Shown: one piece after another, positions 32,371 through 44,069 of the stretch
Numbering within the stretch: position 1 is the stretch's first letter
Layout of the letters: each line of letters starts with the position of its first letter
NCBI GenBank assembly: GCA_963842525.1
Contig: CAWJGT010000001.1
Coordinates: forward strand, 320,001-384,000
Length of the DNA: 64,000 bases
Direction of reading: 5' to 3'
Source of the DNA: an uncultured Holophagales bacterium
GTDB lineage: Bacteria; Acidobacteriota; Thermoanaerobaculia; Multivoradales; UBA5704
The notes under the pieces: model-generated
The model's input: only the letters and a program-made list of their open reading frames with translations
Database searches by the model: none
What the model was told of the DNA's origin: nothing
Position numbers and translations under genes: made by a program

Positions 32371-33228
32371 TCAATCCTCCTCGTAGCTGATCTCCATCTT
32401 CCGGATGCGCAGCGCCGAGATGGTCACCAGGACCGCGGCGAGGACGAGCAGGCCGGGGATGGCGAGCCAGGGGGGCGGCGCGTCCGCGAGGACGGCGAGC
32501 GGGCCGGCGGGGAGCGGCACCGGGCAGAGCGATTGGAGGTAGTGGATCACGCTCACCTTCTTGAGCATCGGCGGCAGCAGGAAGTGGAGCCCTTCCCAGC
32601 CGAAGACGAGGAGCGCGGGGATCGCCGGGCTCTTGAAGAAGAAGCCGAAGGCGAGAAAGACCGCGCCGTAGCCGATGCAGCCCAGGAGCGTCACCAGCAT
32701 GTAGGCTCCCAGGTGCCCCAGCCCGGGGCCGCGCAGCAGGAACTGCCCGAGCCCCTCGTGCGGCGCGTAGGCCAGGATGAAGGAGACCACCGTCGAGATC
32801 TCGAAGAGCACGGCCGTCACGATCAGGCCGGTCAGGTACTTGGCGGCGACCAGCACCTCGCGCCGCACCGGCGTGAGGAAGTAGTAGTGGAGGGTCCGCT
32901 CCAGCACCTCGCGCCGGATCAGGTTGCCGAAGACCGCCACGCAGCCCAGGAAGACCAGTCCCCGTAGGATGAATTGGTAGGTTAAGGCGTAGATCCGTGT
33001 CGCTTCGGTCATGTCGCTCGGATCGTCCACGCCGCCGCCGATGATCCGCATCATGAGGATGAAGACCGGCGCGAAGGCCAGCAGGTAGAGGCCGATGCCG
33101 CGCCGCCCGAGGAAGCTCTTGCGGAGCTCCAAGCGGAGGATCGCGCGCACTTGGGACCACCAGCGCCGCCAGGGGAGGTTGCGGCCGGCGGACCGGACGG
33201 TTGCCGAATGCGTCACCATCTCGCTCAC
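32371..33228 (-). CDS. ABC transporter permease
   Basis: Multi-TM protein; [22 protein letters not shown]. Confidence 0.85.
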   Translation of the reverse strand: MSEMVTHSATVRSAGRNLPWRRWWSQVRAILRLELRKSFLGRRGIGLYLLAFAPVFILMMRIIGGGVDDPSDMTEATRIYALTYQFILRGLVFLGCVAVFGNLIRREVLERTLHYYFLTPVRREVLVAAKYLTGLIVTAVLFEISTVVSFILAYAPHEGLGQFLLRGPGLGHLGAYMLVTLLGCIGYGAVFLAFGFFFKSPAIPALLVFGWEGLHFLLPPMLKKVSVIHYLQSLCPVPLPAGPLAVLADAPPPWLAIPGLLVLAAVLVTISALRIRKMEISYEED

Positions 33229-34181
33229 GATTTTCCTCCAGTCGAGCCGATCAGATACTGGTAGACGGCGTGCACGTCGGCGTCCGTCGGCATCACCGAT
33301 TCGACGGTGAGGCCGCTGTCCACCACGATCTCGTTGAGCAGCAGATAAAGGCTGTCGGCGTCGCGAGTTCGTACGAAGAGGCCCTTGCCGTCGTCGTGGA
33401 TGCGCGCTTCGACGACATGGTCCTGCGCGAAGACCCGCGAGGCGAGGAGCGACGGCCGGTCGCAGCGCACGAGCACCTGCGCCGGATGCTGCTCTTCCAT
33501 CTCGTCGCGCACCCCCGAGATGTCCCCTTCGGCCACGACGTAGCCGCCGTTCAGGAGCACCACCTGGTCCGAGATCAGGTCGACCTCGTGGAGGATGTGG
33601 CTCGAGACGACGACGTAGAGGCCGCCCGCCGCGAGCTCGCGGAAGAGGGCGATCACCTCGGCGCGGGCCATGGGGTCCAGGCCGTTCAGCGGCTCGTCGA
33701 GGATCAGCACCGTTGGCTGGTGGGAGATGGCCTGGGCGAGCTTGATGCGCTGCCGCATGCCCTTGCTGTAGCCGGCCACTTTGCGGCCGGCGGCCTCGGT
33801 GAGCCCGACCCGCTCGATGGCCTTCCAGGTCAGTGTGTCGGCCTCGGCGTGTGGCATTCCATGGACGCGCAGGAACGAGTAGATGAACTGGTAGCCGGTC
33901 ATCCCCGGCGGGAAGGCGTCGTACTGGGTCGAGTAGCCGATGATCCGGAAGAGCTCCTCCGGCTGGTCGGTCGGCACGCCCAGCACGCGGACCGAGCCGC
34001 GGGTGGGCTGGAGCAGGCCGACCGTCAGGTTCATCAGCGTGGTCTTGCCGGATCCGTTCGGCCCCACCAGGCCGGTGATGCCGGGCGGGATCGACAGGGT
34101 GACCCGGTTGCAGCCGAGCACCTCGCCGTAGAACTTGGAAACGTTTTCGAAGACGATCCGTGCTTCGTTGGGAGCGCTCAT
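33225..34181 (-). CDS. ABC transporter ATP-binding protein
   Basis: [23 protein letters not shown]. Confidence 0.92.
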   Translation of the reverse strand: MSAPNEARIVFENVSKFYGEVLGCNRVTLSIPPGITGLVGPNGSGKTTLMNLTVGLLQPTRGSVRVLGVPTDQPEELFRIIGYSTQYDAFPPGMTGYQFIYSFLRVHGMPHAEADTLTWKAIERVGLTEAAGRKVAGYSKGMRQRIKLAQAISHQPTVLILDEPLNGLDPMARAEVIALFRELAAGGLYVVVSSHILHEVDLISDQVVLLNGGYVVAEGDISGVRDEMEEQHPAQVLVRCDRPSLLASRVFAQDHVVEARIHDDGKGLFVRTRDADSLYLLLNEIVVDSGLTVESVMPTDADVHAVYQYLIGSTGGKS

Positions 34182-35050
34182 CGCACCACCTCGTACGCCC
34201 GGATGCGGCGGGAGAGGAGCCACAGGCAGAGGCCGCAGCCGGCGGCCAGGGCAACCCAGGCGGGACCGGTCGGCGGCAGCTCGTTGCCCAGCGGGGTCCG
34301 GAACAGGGAGGCCCAGATCGAGCCGATCACCTGCAAGGGGGACAGCAGCATGCCCCACCAGGTGTCCAGGACTTCGTTGAGGACGTTGCCGAAGCCCATG
34401 GGGACGAAGAACAGGGCGATCAAGGCGATGCGGGCCACCGGCTTCCACTTCACCCAGCTTGAGATCGCCAGGGCGAAGAGTGACAGGAAAACGATCCACG
34501 CCACGCTGCCAAGGAAGATGGCCAGGCCGATCCACCAGTTCGCGGCGAGCCAGCCTCCTCCCTCCAGGTAGGCCTGGAAGAAGAAGAGGAGCAGACCCGG
34601 CACCCAGGTGATCGCCGAGAGGAGGATCAACAGCACCGACATCTTGCCGAGCACGTATTCGCTGCGCGAAAACGGCCGCGAGAGGTACAGCGGCAGGCCG
34701 TTGTTGCGCAGGTCGGGCGCCACCAGGGCCGGACCGATGAACAGGACGAGCAGGAACGACAGAAACCCCTGGAACGAGAAGCCGTTCTGGAAGAACTCGT
34801 TGTCGATCGGCAGGAACTGCTTGAGCTGCTCGACCGGCAGGTCCATGAACAGGAGCGCCGAGACGTTGTGGTGCAGGTAGATCATCAGCAGCCCCGCGAA
34901 CGGGACCGCGAAGCAGAGAGCGAAGAAACCCGTGAAAAGCTTGCTCTTGAACACCACCTCGTAGGCGTAGCGGGGCAGGATCAGGAAGCGCCACCGCTCC
35001 GCGGTCGCCGGCCCGGTGTAACGCACATAGGTCTGCTCATACACGGCCAT
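34178..35050 (-). CDS. ABC transporter permease
   Basis: [24 protein letters not shown]; multi-TM. Confidence 0.88.
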   Translation of the reverse strand: MAVYEQTYVRYTGPATAERWRFLILPRYAYEVVFKSKLFTGFFALCFAVPFAGLLMIYLHHNVSALLFMDLPVEQLKQFLPIDNEFFQNGFSFQGFLSFLLVLFIGPALVAPDLRNNGLPLYLSRPFSRSEYVLGKMSVLLILLSAITWVPGLLLFFFQAYLEGGGWLAANWWIGLAIFLGSVAWIVFLSLFALAISSWVKWKPVARIALIALFFVPMGFGNVLNEVLDTWWGMLLSPLQVIGSIWASLFRTPLGNELPPTGPAWVALAAGCGLCLWLLSRRIRAYEVVR

Positions 35051-36032
35051 GGTCGCCGCCCTCCATCGCCTTGAGGAAGATGTCTTCGAGAGAGTCCCGC
35101 TTGTAGTCGAGACGGCGGATCTGTACGTTGCGCGACGCCGCGAGCTTGTAGAGGTCGCGGATCTCCATCCCCTCCGGCAGCACCAGCTTGATGCGCTGGC
35201 GGGTGCCGGCCGCGCACTCGCACCCCATCTCCTCGACCGCGGCGGCGAACCCGCCGGCGTCGTCGCCGTTCTCGCCGCGCAGCTCGATCTCCAGGAACTT
35301 GCGGTTGGCCCGCCGTTCCTCCTCCAGGTTGCTGTAGACGGCGATCTGCCCCTGCTTGAGCACCAGGACCTCCTCGCAGCACTCCTCGACGTCGCGCAGC
35401 AAATGGGAGGAAAGAATCACGTGCACCTCGCCGGCCTCGCGGATGTCCTGGATCAGCCGCAGCATGCGCTCGCGGGCTGGTGGATCGAGCCCGTTCGTCG
35501 GCTCGTCGAGGAAGAGGAGCTTGGGGCCGTGGACCAGGGACTGGGCCAGCTTGGCGAGCTGCTTCATGCCGAGCGAATAGCTGCCGACGTCGCGGTAGCG
35601 CGCCTCGCCCAGGCCGACATAGAAGAGGACTTCGTGCGCCCGTTCGAGGGCTTGCGACCGGGGGACGCCGGACAGCTCGGCCATCAGGCGGACGAAGTGG
35701 ACGCCGCTCATGCCGGCGATGAAGGCGTCGTTTTCCGGCATGTAACCCAGCAGGGCCCGGATCTCTCGCATTTCGGTCCGGATGTCCCGGCCGAAGATGC
35801 GGGCGGTGCCGCTGCTGGGAGGATGGAACCCGAGAAGGGTGTGGAGCAGCGTGGTCTTGCCCGCCCCGTTCGGGCCCAGAAGGCCGATGCACCGGCCGGT
35901 GAGGGTCGCGCTCAACCCCTTGAGGATGGGGCGGCCTCCGAGGGGAACCTGCAGGCCCTGGAGCTCGATCACCGGCTGTGCGGCGGTGGTGACCGGAGCA
36001 GCGGCAGGGGCGTTCGATGTCATCGACTGCAT
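35037..36032 (-). CDS. ABC transporter ATP-binding protein
   Basis: [25 protein letters not shown]. Confidence 0.92.
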   Translation of the reverse strand: MQSMTSNAPAAAPVTTAAQPVIELQGLQVPLGGRPILKGLSATLTGRCIGLLGPNGAGKTTLLHTLLGFHPPSSGTARIFGRDIRTEMREIRALLGYMPENDAFIAGMSGVHFVRLMAELSGVPRSQALERAHEVLFYVGLGEARYRDVGSYSLGMKQLAKLAQSLVHGPKLLFLDEPTNGLDPPARERMLRLIQDIREAGEVHVILSSHLLRDVEECCEEVLVLKQGQIAVYSNLEEERRANRKFLEIELRGENGDDAGGFAAAVEEMGCECAAGTRQRIKLVLPEGMEIRDLYKLAASRNVQIRRLDYKRDSLEDIFLKAMEGGDHGRV

Positions 36033-36128
36033 GGCGAGGTTGGACACGGGCTGCTCCTTGGATGCTTGGATGCGGAAAGGGCGCCGCAGCAGTCTCTACT
36101 ACGATGTGCGGCGCCCCGGGGTTTCTGC

Positions 36129-38819
36129 CTACTCGGCCTCGAAGTGCTCGGCGTCCGGGACGTGCCCGTTCATCATGCCGAGGACCCCGCCGAAGCCGGC
36201 GAGCGTCTGGAGGTTCAGGCCCAGCGGGCTCTCGTTGGTGCTGGCGAAGAGGATGCGATCCTCATGCGCGTAGGCGTAGACCAGGGTCGGCCCCTGGCCG
36301 AGCAGGAAGGTGGCCATCTGGCCCTGGCGGTCCGCCGGTCCGAGCGCGCCCTTGGGCAGCATGTCGGCCGCAGCGTCGGCCAGCGGCTTCAGGTTCTGGT
36401 AGAAGAAGGCGGAGACGTTCACCTGGCCGTCCGGACCCAACAGGTCGCGGAACTTGGGCGCCGTGGCCAACGTCACACCCGAATCGCGGAGCTGGAGAGC
36501 CCGCTCGAGCAGGGCGCGGCTGGGCGCCGCCACCAGGTAGCCGTCCTCGAAGATGTAGTGCACCTCGTGCTTCGGCTGCTTGGTCCCGAAGGTGTACCAG
36601 GTCCGGCCGCCGGAGCGCTGCTCGGTGACCTCGACGGTCGGTTTCCCGTTCTTCCGCAGCTCGTCGTTGAGACGGTCTGCGACCCGCTCGATGGTCTGCT
36701 GCAGGCGCGCCGGGTCGTAGACCTCGACCACCAGCTTCCAGGAGGGAGTGGGGAGCAATGGACCATCGACCCCAATGGCGACCTCACCGCCCAACGGCGC
36801 GGCCAGATCGTTGCGCAGGTCGAAGCCGTGCTCGTTCTGCAGCTTCGCGAGCTCGGCGGCGATCTCGGGGTTGATGGCCAGCAGGTCGTCCAGCAGGGCC
36901 ACGGGCTGCTTGACTACGAAAGCGCCTGCCAGGTTGGTCTCGGGCGAGAAGAACGAGAGGCCGCCCATGGGCGCCGGAGCGGCGAGCCAGGAGGCCACGC
37001 CCCGCCGGGCCTGGCTGAAGGTGAGAGAGGCGCGGGTCTCGGCCTTGTTGTCGATCTCGCGGCGGTTGAGGATGAAGTGGTCGAGGTCGAGGACGCCCAT
37101 CTTCTCGGCCACGTCGTGCTCGTCACCATGGCTGGCGTCTTCGCCGACCAGGGTGGCGAGGTCGGCCGCGAACAGCCAGTTGGCGCCGTCGCGGTACTCC
37201 TCGGCGATGCGGTCGTGGAAGCGGCTCCCGGCGAAGGGGTTGGCTCCGCCGGAGGCCAGGGCCGCCACCTTGCGCAGCTCGTCGCCGCTCGGGGTGGCCA
37301 CGAACAGGCCCTGCCCGATCCACAGCCAGGCACCTTCGGTCTCGCCGGTCGCGTCGGCCGGGTCTTCGATGATGCGCAGGCCCTGGTGACCGTCGTCGTG
37401 CGCGGCGATCTCCTGCTCGAGCACGGCGCGGAAGGCCGCCGGGTTGGTCACCTCGGCCATGATCACCGGCTCGCCGTGGTCCTCGTCCTCACCCTCGCCC
37501 CCCTCTCCATATCCGGGACCGAGGGCGATGGCCACCTCGCCGCCGAGGTGCTGGCCGAGCGCGCCGAGCTTGTCGATCATCTGGTGGAACTTCTCGTCCT
37601 TGTTGTTGGAGCCGATCGTCTCCCGCCACCACTGCTGGAGGGTCCCGTTCTCGGCGATCTTCTGGTCGAGGATCCGCTGCGTCTCCTGGAGGTTCCGGCC
37701 CAGGTTGGGCAGGCCGATCCAGACCCGCGTCCCCTCGGGAGCGAGGTCGAGCAGGCGGGTGGAGTAGCGCAGGCCGGGCCGTTCCACCTGGGCGTCGATG
37801 TCCTGCCCGGCGGCGGTCAGAGCGGCGAGCAGCTCTTCATACTTCTTGGCGTTGCGGCTCCAGGCGATCTCCTGGCGCACCGGGACGGCGGACACGCTGG
37901 CGTGGGTCGCCACCTGGTCGCCCGGGTGGAGGATGCTGTCCAGCTTGGCCTGGCGCACCCGCACCTCGCCCTCGATCACCGAGACGCGGGAGCCCTTGGT
38001 GCCGTGGTTGACGGAGAAGATGGTCCCGGTGACCGAGACCATGGCGTCGCGGGTGGCCACGAACAGTTGGCTCTTGCGCTGCTTGGCGGCCTGGACGATG
38101 ACGCGCCCGCGGTCGAGATGGATGGTGTTGCCCTTGCGGCCGGCGTCGAGCCACATGCCGGCGCGGTCGCTCATCTCGATGAGGGACCCATCGGCCATGC
38201 GCACCAGGGCGGTCGAGCCCTTGGCGGTGCGGATCTCGTCGCCCTCGGCGACCCAGGTGCCGGCATCGATCGGCTCGCTGTCCTCGCCGTCGAGCAGGTA
38301 GAGGTTGCCGGCGATGGATTCGACGCGGGCCATCCGAGCGCCGCCGGCGAAGACGTCCTGGAGGACGAAGAAGACACCGAGGCCGAGGCCGATCACCAGC
38401 AGGGCGGCCAGGCCCATCCAGGCCTGCCGCATCCGGGGATTGGGAACGGCTTTGGCGGCCGGACGGGTGGCTTCGCGGTGGCCTTCCTTGGCCTCGCGAA
38501 GAGCCCGGCGGCAGGGGATGCAGCTCCGGGTGTGGTCCTCGACGAGCAGGGCGCGCGCCGGGGACAACTCACCACGCAGATAGGCGGGAATCAGGGACTG
38601 GAAGTCCTCACAACTGCGGAGGCTCCCGGCGGAGACGGCGACCGGCTCCGCCACGGGCTCGGCGCTGGCGTGGAGCTCCGCGGTGCCGGAGGCCTGGGCA
38701 GACAGCCGCTCCCAGACGCGGGCGGCGGCCTGCTCGGCCACGACCGGGTCGATCTCTTCGCCGTGGACTTCGGCGACGGCCCGGTCCAGGGCGTCTTCGC
38801 TTTTATTGAAAAGGCTCAT
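36129..38819 (-). CDS. Anti-sigma factor: zinc finger, TM, FecR domain and large periplasmic domain
   Basis: HTRSCIPC (HxxxCxxC); TM helix; VTGTIFSV..VSVIEGEVRV (FecR). Confidence 0.85.
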   Translation of the reverse strand: MSLFNKSEDALDRAVAEVHGEEIDPVVAEQAAARVWERLSAQASGTAELHASAEPVAEPVAVSAGSLRSCEDFQSLIPAYLRGELSPARALLVEDHTRSCIPCRRALREAKEGHREATRPAAKAVPNPRMRQAWMGLAALLVIGLGLGVFFVLQDVFAGGARMARVESIAGNLYLLDGEDSEPIDAGTWVAEGDEIRTAKGSTALVRMADGSLIEMSDRAGMWLDAGRKGNTIHLDRGRVIVQAAKQRKSQLFVATRDAMVSVTGTIFSVNHGTKGSRVSVIEGEVRVRQAKLDSILHPGDQVATHASVSAVPVRQEIAWSRNAKKYEELLAALTAAGQDIDAQVERPGLRYSTRLLDLAPEGTRVWIGLPNLGRNLQETQRILDQKIAENGTLQQWWRETIGSNNKDEKFHQMIDKLGALGQHLGGEVAIALGPGYGEGGEGEDEDHGEPVIMAEVTNPAAFRAVLEQEIAAHDDGHQGLRIIEDPADATGETEGAWLWIGQGLFVATPSGDELRKVAALASGGANPFAGSRFHDRIAEEYRDGANWLFAADLATLVGEDASHGDEHDVAEKMGVLDLDHFILNRREIDNKAETRASLTFSQARRGVASWLAAPAPMGGLSFFSPETNLAGAFVVKQPVALLDDLLAINPEIAAELAKLQNEHGFDLRNDLAAPLGGEVAIGVDGPLLPTPSWKLVVEVYDPARLQQTIERVADRLNDELRKNGKPTVEVTEQRSGGRTWYTFGTKQPKHEVHYIFEDGYLVAAPSRALLERALQLRDSGVTLATAPKFRDLLGPDGQVNVSAFFYQNLKPLADAAADMLPKGALGPADRQGQMATFLLGQGPTLVYAYAHEDRILFASTNESPLGLNLQTLAGFGGVLGMMNGHVPDAEHFEAE

Positions 38820-39400
38820 GACAATTCTCCTTGAAGCGACCCGAGCTCTTGCTGGAGCCGGTGCCGCGCACGGTGCAGGATGACGGCGATTGCGGTCTGC
38901 GAGCTGCCGAGCATCCTGGAGATCTCCAGGTTGCCCAGCCCTTCGAGGTAGCGCAGCGCAAAGATTTCGGCCTGGCGGGGAGAGAGGCTACCCATCGCCT
39001 CTCGCAGCCGGCGGGCGAGCTCACGGTGGCCGCGCTGCCGTTCCGGCCCCGCGGTGTCGTCCACCAGTTGGTCGCCGACCTCGTCGAGGTCGACGGCCCT
39101 TGCCCGCTTCCTCCTCCGCATCAAATCGAGTGCGGCGTTGACGGCCGCGCGGTGGAGGTAGCTCCCAGCGCTGTTGGATAGATCGGGTTGCTCGTCTCGG
39201 CGCAGCAGCCGGGTGAACACGGTTTGCAGCACGTCCTCCGCGTCGGCACTGTTGCCGGTGATGCGGTATGCGGCGCGGTAGACGGCGCCGTGATGCTCTC
39301 GGAAGATGCCCTCCAAGCTGTGGAGCGCTTCCGGGCTCGCGGCGGGTTTCTCATAGGCTGCAGCTTGCACGCCTCCTGCCCTCCTTTCTCCTTCACCCAT
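38816..39400 (-). CDS. ECF sigma-70 factor
   Basis: DAEDVLQTVF; LSPRQAEIFALRYLEG..LHRARHRL. Confidence 0.92.
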   Translation of the reverse strand: MGEGERRAGGVQAAAYEKPAASPEALHSLEGIFREHHGAVYRAAYRITGNSADAEDVLQTVFTRLLRRDEQPDLSNSAGSYLHRAAVNAALDLMRRRKRARAVDLDEVGDQLVDDTAGPERQRGHRELARRLREAMGSLSPRQAEIFALRYLEGLGNLEISRMLGSSQTAIAVILHRARHRLQQELGSLQGELS

Positions 39401-39482
39401 GGAACGCTCCTCCAAGGAGATTGTTACACCCCCCAGGATACGCCCGGGGGAGGGGGGACCGGGGCCGAGCTGTCTTGTCAGC

Positions 39483-39503
39483 GTATGCTAGTATGCGAGT
39501 ATG
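39483..39503 (+). promoter_or_regulatory. Probable RHH operator / leaderless promoter
   Basis: GTATG(C) three times at 8-bp spacing, overlapping TGCTAGTAT and the ATG. Confidence 0.45.
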
Positions 39504-39752
39504 AAGCGTGCCACGATCACCCTGCCTGACGATCTCGCCGAGATGGTGGACCGGGAAGCCCGGCGGCGGCAGACGAGCTTCTCGGAAGTTGTCCGCCACT
39601 TCATCGTGCAGGGCTTCTCCGGATCGGCGGAGAAGCCGCGGGAGATCCCCTGGGCCGGCCTCTTCCACGATCCGGACATGGTCCCCGCTGAGCGCTTGGA
39701 CGAAGAGCTGGCGAAACACTGGGCCGATGATCTCGATCGGGATCGTCGATAG
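39501..39752 (+). CDS. CopG/RHH antitoxin
   Basis: MKRATITLPDDL..REARRRQTSFSEVVR. Confidence 0.85.
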   Translation: MKRATITLPDDLAEMVDREARRRQTSFSEVVRHFIVQGFSGSAEKPREIPWAGLFHDPDMVPAERLDEELAKHWADDLDRDRR

Positions 39753-40140
39753 CAGCCCGCTCGTCGCCGCGGCGAACACGGCCGATCCGGCGCACCGCGC
39801 CTGTCTCGACGCGCTCCGCACGCCGGGCCTCCACCTTGTGATCCCCGCTCTGTGTGTCGCCGAGGCGGCCTACCTGATCCACAGTCGCCGCGGGCCGCGG
39901 ACCGAGGCCCGTTTCCTCCGCGGGTTGGAGGGCTTCGACGTCCAGGCTCCTTTCGCCGAAGATTGGCCGCGGATCGCCGAGCTCGTCGAGCAATACGCGG
40001 ACCTTCCCCTCGGGGGAACGGATGCGTCGATCGTTGCCCTGGCGGAGCGCTTCCGGACCGATATCGTCCTCACCCTGGACCATCGCCACTTCGGGATCGT
40101 CCGGCCGAGGCACTGCGAGCGCCTCCGCCTGCTGCCTTGA
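39727..40140 (+). CDS. vapC: PIN domain toxin
   Basis: IVDSSPLVA, TDASIVALAER, TLDHRHF. Confidence 0.88.
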   Translation: MISIGIVDSSPLVAAANTADPAHRACLDALRTPGLHLVIPALCVAEAAYLIHSRRGPRTEARFLRGLEGFDVQAPFAEDWPRIAELVEQYADLPLGGTDASIVALAERFRTDIVLTLDHRHFGIVRPRHCERLRLLP

Positions 40141-40215
40141 AGGCGATCCGCCCTCCGTACAGGCTCGGATGCGGAGGGCGGCCGTCCCGGATCAGGCTTC
40201 TGGAAGGCCGCCGGC

Positions 40216-40605
40216 TCAGCTATGAGTCGGCGCGCTCACCTGCAGGGCCAGCATCATGCCCTTGTCCTGGCTGTGGTGCTCCAGCGGGCAGTAGACGCGG
40301 TAGGTGCCGGGCCAGAGGTCCATTTCCAGAGTCGTGGTCTTGCCGGGCTCCAGGGCGGTCTTCAGCCCGTTTTCGCCCGCAGGGCCGTCGACCTCGAAGC
40401 TGTGGGGCGTCGTGCCGTTGTTGGTGAGCTTGAACGTGGTCTTGCCGGGGCCCACAGAAGCCGGCATCTGGATCTGGTGCTCGACAAGCTCGACCTGCAC
40501 CACCTGGCCCGTCTGAGGTTGCGGTTCTTTACCGCCGCAGGCGGCGAGGAGAGGCAGCGCAACGAGCAGCGCGGCCAGCCAGGGAGAATTGGGGCGATAA
40601 TTCAT
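40216..40605 (-). CDS. Cupredoxin-domain lipoprotein
   Basis: Lipobox LAAC; H..YCPLEHHSQDKGM copper-site pattern. Confidence 0.8.
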   Translation of the reverse strand: MNYRPNSPWLAALLVALPLLAACGGKEPQPQTGQVVQVELVEHQIQMPASVGPGKTTFKLTNNGTTPHSFEVDGPAGENGLKTALEPGKTTTLEMDLWPGTYRVYCPLEHHSQDKGMMLALQVSAPTHS

Positions 40606-40736
40606 TGATTCATCCTCCTCAGAAAAACTGAATCGTACCCGTAGACCGTTTCGATTCCCTTCACAAGCGAGGAGCCTCTGCTTGCTATTCCCGCTTTAGA
40701 CTGCCCTGCGGCGAAAAGGTTCCCGGGGATTTCGCC

Positions 40737-42810
40737 TCACCACACCCGGCAGACCTTCTCCGATTCCCTGACCATCGGCTGGCCCGGCTTGCAGGAGAAG
40801 GCGGCGGCGAGCTCGGGCATGTTGACCACCACGCCGTTGATCCGGTACTCGGCAGGCGAGTGAGGGTCCACCTGAGCGCGCAGGCGCCTGGACTCGGGCC
40901 GCTCGCCGCCGCAGTCCCACTGGGCGAAGCCCACGAAGAAACGCTGCTCGGGGGTGAGGCCGTCGCGCTGCTCCAGCTTCTGCCCCCGTGTGGCCTCCTT
41001 CCAGGCGAGGTAGGCGATGATGGTGCCTCCCAGGTCCGCCACGTCCTCCCCGAGAGTGAGCTTGCTGTTGATCTTGATGTCGTCGATCACCGTGTACTGC
41101 GCGTACTGGTCGGCGACGCATTGGACCCGCTTGCGGAACTCCGTATCGTCCTCCTTGGTCCACCAGTCCCGCAGGTTTCCCTGGGCATCGAACTGCCGTC
41201 CCTCGTCGTCGAAGCCGTGGGTCAGCTCGTGCCCGATGGTGCTGCCGGTGTTGCCATAGCTCGGGGCGGCGTCGAGCCGGGGGTCGTAGAGCGGCGGCAG
41301 GAGCACCCCGGCCGGGAAGATCATGTCGTTGACCAAGGGGTTGTAATAGGCGTTGACGGTGGGCGGCGTCATCTCCCACTCGTCCTTGTCGACGGGCTGG
41401 CCGATCTTGTCCAGGTCGCGGCGCGACTCGAAGGTGCGGGCCCGCTCCACGTTGCCCAGGAAATCGCCGCGGCGCACCTCCAGGGCCGAATAGTCGCGCC
41501 AGCGCTCCGGATAGCCGATCTTGTCCCGCATGGTGTGCAGCTTGTGCAGCGCCTGCTTCTTGGTCTCCGCGGTCATCCAGGGCAGCTCCTGGATGCGCTT
41601 CTCCATCACCGACTTGATGAGACGCACCATCTCCTGCGTGCCGGTCTTGACTCCGGCCGGGAAGACCTTGCGGACGAAGACCTCTCCCAGGGCCTCGCCC
41701 AGGTCGCGGTCCACCCAGTCGACGCAGTCTTTCCAGCGGGGCGATTTCTCCTTCACCCCGCGGAGATAGGCATCGTAGAAATCGAAGTTGGCCTGGACGA
41801 AGGGGGAGGAGAGATACCGGGCACGGGCCCGCGCGAGGTGCCAGCGCAGGTAGGTCTTCAGGTCGTCGAGGGCTGTTGGCCGCGATCTGGCGCTCGACCT
41901 CGCGGTAGAGCTCGGGCTGGGTGACGTTGAAGTCGTCGAGGTTCGGCTCGCCGACGGCCTTCAGGTAGTCGTCCCAACGGAACGAGGGGGTGAGGGCCTG
42001 GAGCCCGGCCCGCTGCATCCGGTGGTAGATCTTGTAGGGGTCGCGCTGGTCCACCCGGGAGAGGGCGGCCTTGGCGAGGGCGGTCTCGATCCGCATCACC
42101 GTTTCGGCGCTCCTGGCCGGCGCCGGGTCTCCCAGGAGCTCGAACATCCTCCGCACCAGGCCCAGATAGCGTTCGCGGATCTCTTTCGACTTCGCGTCGT
42201 CCTTCAGATAGTAGTCGCGGTCGGGCAGGCCGAGGCCTCCTGCATTGGCCTTGCCGATGACCTGGGACGAATCCTGGAAATCCTGTCCGGAGCCGAAGCC
42301 GAAGAGCATACCCCCTCCGCCCAGTCCGGGGTGGAGCCGGCCGAGCAGCGACGCCAGCTCCTGCTTCGAGCGCAGCCCGGCAATGGCGTCGAGACTGGGC
42401 CGCAACGGGGCCGCGCCGGCCTTCTCGAGGGCCGGCTCGTCCATGCAGGCGGCGAAGTAGTCGCCGATCTTCTGGGTGTTGGCGTCGCGTCCAGGATCGG
42501 GCCGTGCCGCCTCCTCGAGCATCCCCCAGAGGAACCGCCGGTTGTCCTCGCCCACTTTTGCGTACACGCTCCACCGCGCCCGGTCGGGCGGGATCGGGTT
42601 CTTCTCGAGCCACTTCCCGCAGGAGAAGCGGTAGAAGTCGACGCAGGGGTCGACCGAGCGGTCCATGAAGGACGGCTCCAGGCCGGGGGTGTAGGGGAGC
42701 GCCGTCAGCGGCCGCTCGGAAGTGGCGGCAGGCGGCGCCGCGAGGGCCGGCGGTGCGGCGGCGATCGCGAGCAGGAGAAGGGCGAAGAAGGCGGCGCAAC
42801 GAATTTTCAT
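40737..42810 (-). CDS. M13 family metallopeptidase (one apparent frameshift near 41870)
   Basis: DPCVDFY, VNAYY, GHELTHGFDDEG, GEDVAD, DPHSP. Confidence 0.92.
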
Positions 42811-42949
42811 GCAAGGGCTCCTTGGGCGTGTCTCGTCCGGGACGTATGATTCTAGAGCCTCAGGGTTTTCCGCGTCCCACCCCTTGCCTGCGGCGGCCCA
42901 GGAGGAGTAAGCTTTGAGCAGGAGCTAGCCAAGTTCGGAGGGTACGATC

Positions 42950-43579
42950 ATGCCCCCTATACAACCGTTCACGCCGCCTGCCGCCGCACGGGTCCCCGCG
43001 AGCCATGTCCAGGCCGCCCTGGCGCGCCATGCGCAGGTCACCCAGGCGAAGCCTGCGGCTACGGCACCGGCTACCGCTCCAGTCCGGGTGTCCCCGGTCG
43101 CGCCGCCCCGCGTCACGGCGCCCGGCGCTCCGCAGCAGCCCGGCAGGCCAGGGACTCCCGCGCAGGCCAAGCCGGGACCCCAGCCGCCGCAGCACGGGAG
43201 TGGTTTCCGCATCGTGACGGCGAACCCGCCCGGTGGAGCCCACCATATCCGGATCGCCGCCGGCGGCCGGGAGGTCGGCTCGGTCGAGCTGCTCGACGGC
43301 GGCCGCGATGCCGTCCGGGTGGTGAACCTGAAGGTCGACCCCGAGCAGAGGGGACAGGGGGCGGGTTCCCACCTCATGCGCGCCGCCGCCTTCGAAGGGA
43401 TGCGGATGGGCAAGAGCCGGGTCACCCTCGAGAGCCAGGACAATGGCAGCGGCAAGCTCACGCGCTGGTACGAGCGCATGGGCTTCACGCCGCGCGGGCG
43501 GAGCGATCGCGGGATGGTCATGCTCGAGACCTCCGCCGCGTCTCTCCAAACCCGGCTCGCCCGGCAGGGCGACCGATAG
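42950..43579 (+). CDS. GNAT acetyltransferase with Pro/Ala/Gln-rich N-terminal extension
   Basis: VDPEQRGQGAGSHL, WYERMGF; N-terminal HVQAA and two QAKP motifs. Confidence 0.8.
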   Translation: MPPIQPFTPPAAARVPASHVQAALARHAQVTQAKPAATAPATAPVRVSPVAPPRVTAPGAPQQPGRPGTPAQAKPGPQPPQHGSGFRIVTANPPGGAHHIRIAAGGREVGSVELLDGGRDAVRVVNLKVDPEQRGQGAGSHLMRAAAFEGMRMGKSRVTLESQDNGSGKLTRWYERMGFTPRGRSDRGMVMLETSAASLQTRLARQGDR

Positions 43580-43601
43580 ACCCAACACTGTTCGCTGAGC
43601 C

Positions 43602-44069
43602 TCAGTCGTCGAAATCGTCGAAGGCCCGCTCGTGGACCCTTTCGGAGTAGGGCATCACCACGAAACCCTCGATGGTAGCGGCGAGGCGGAGCCTGTCGTC
43701 CAGGCAGACGAACGAGGTACCGCCGCCCAACTGATGGCGCCAGACTAAGGCAGCACCAAGTTGTAAGGCGTCCGCTGCACGCAGGCGGTGCGCCGAGACG
43801 AGCCGAAGTGCATGCTCGCGGACCCCTTCGAGCGGCATGATCTCGGCTGCGCTCATCGACAGAGATGCAAGTTGGATCAGTGCTCTCTGCACATCGGACC
43901 GCCGGACACGGCCTTCACGCTCTAGCCGAGCCAACGCCCCCGAACACTCCACCCGGGTCGGCCACCAGACGATGATGCCGCGATCCCTGCGGAACAGATC
44001 GTGAATTCTGTGGCTGGTGGCCTCCTGCACGAACAAGGGCACAAGGGCGGAGCTGTCCCAGAACCTCAA
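43602..44069 (-). CDS. vapC: VapC PIN toxin
   Basis: FWDSSALVPL, LRAADALQLGAA, FVCLDDRL. Confidence 0.9.
   Translation of the reverse strand: MRFWDSSALVPLFVQEATSHRIHDLFRRDRGIIVWWPTRVECSGALARLEREGRVRRSDVQRALIQLASLSMSAAEIMPLEGVREHALRLVSAHRLRAADALQLGAALVWRHQLGGGTSFVCLDDRLRLAATIEGFVVMPYSERVHERAFDDFDD

Noticed and set aside
35049-38834. 1261-aa plus-strand ORF
   Set aside because: Antisense shadow of the anti-sigma and ABC genes, as expected from high-GC codon bias.
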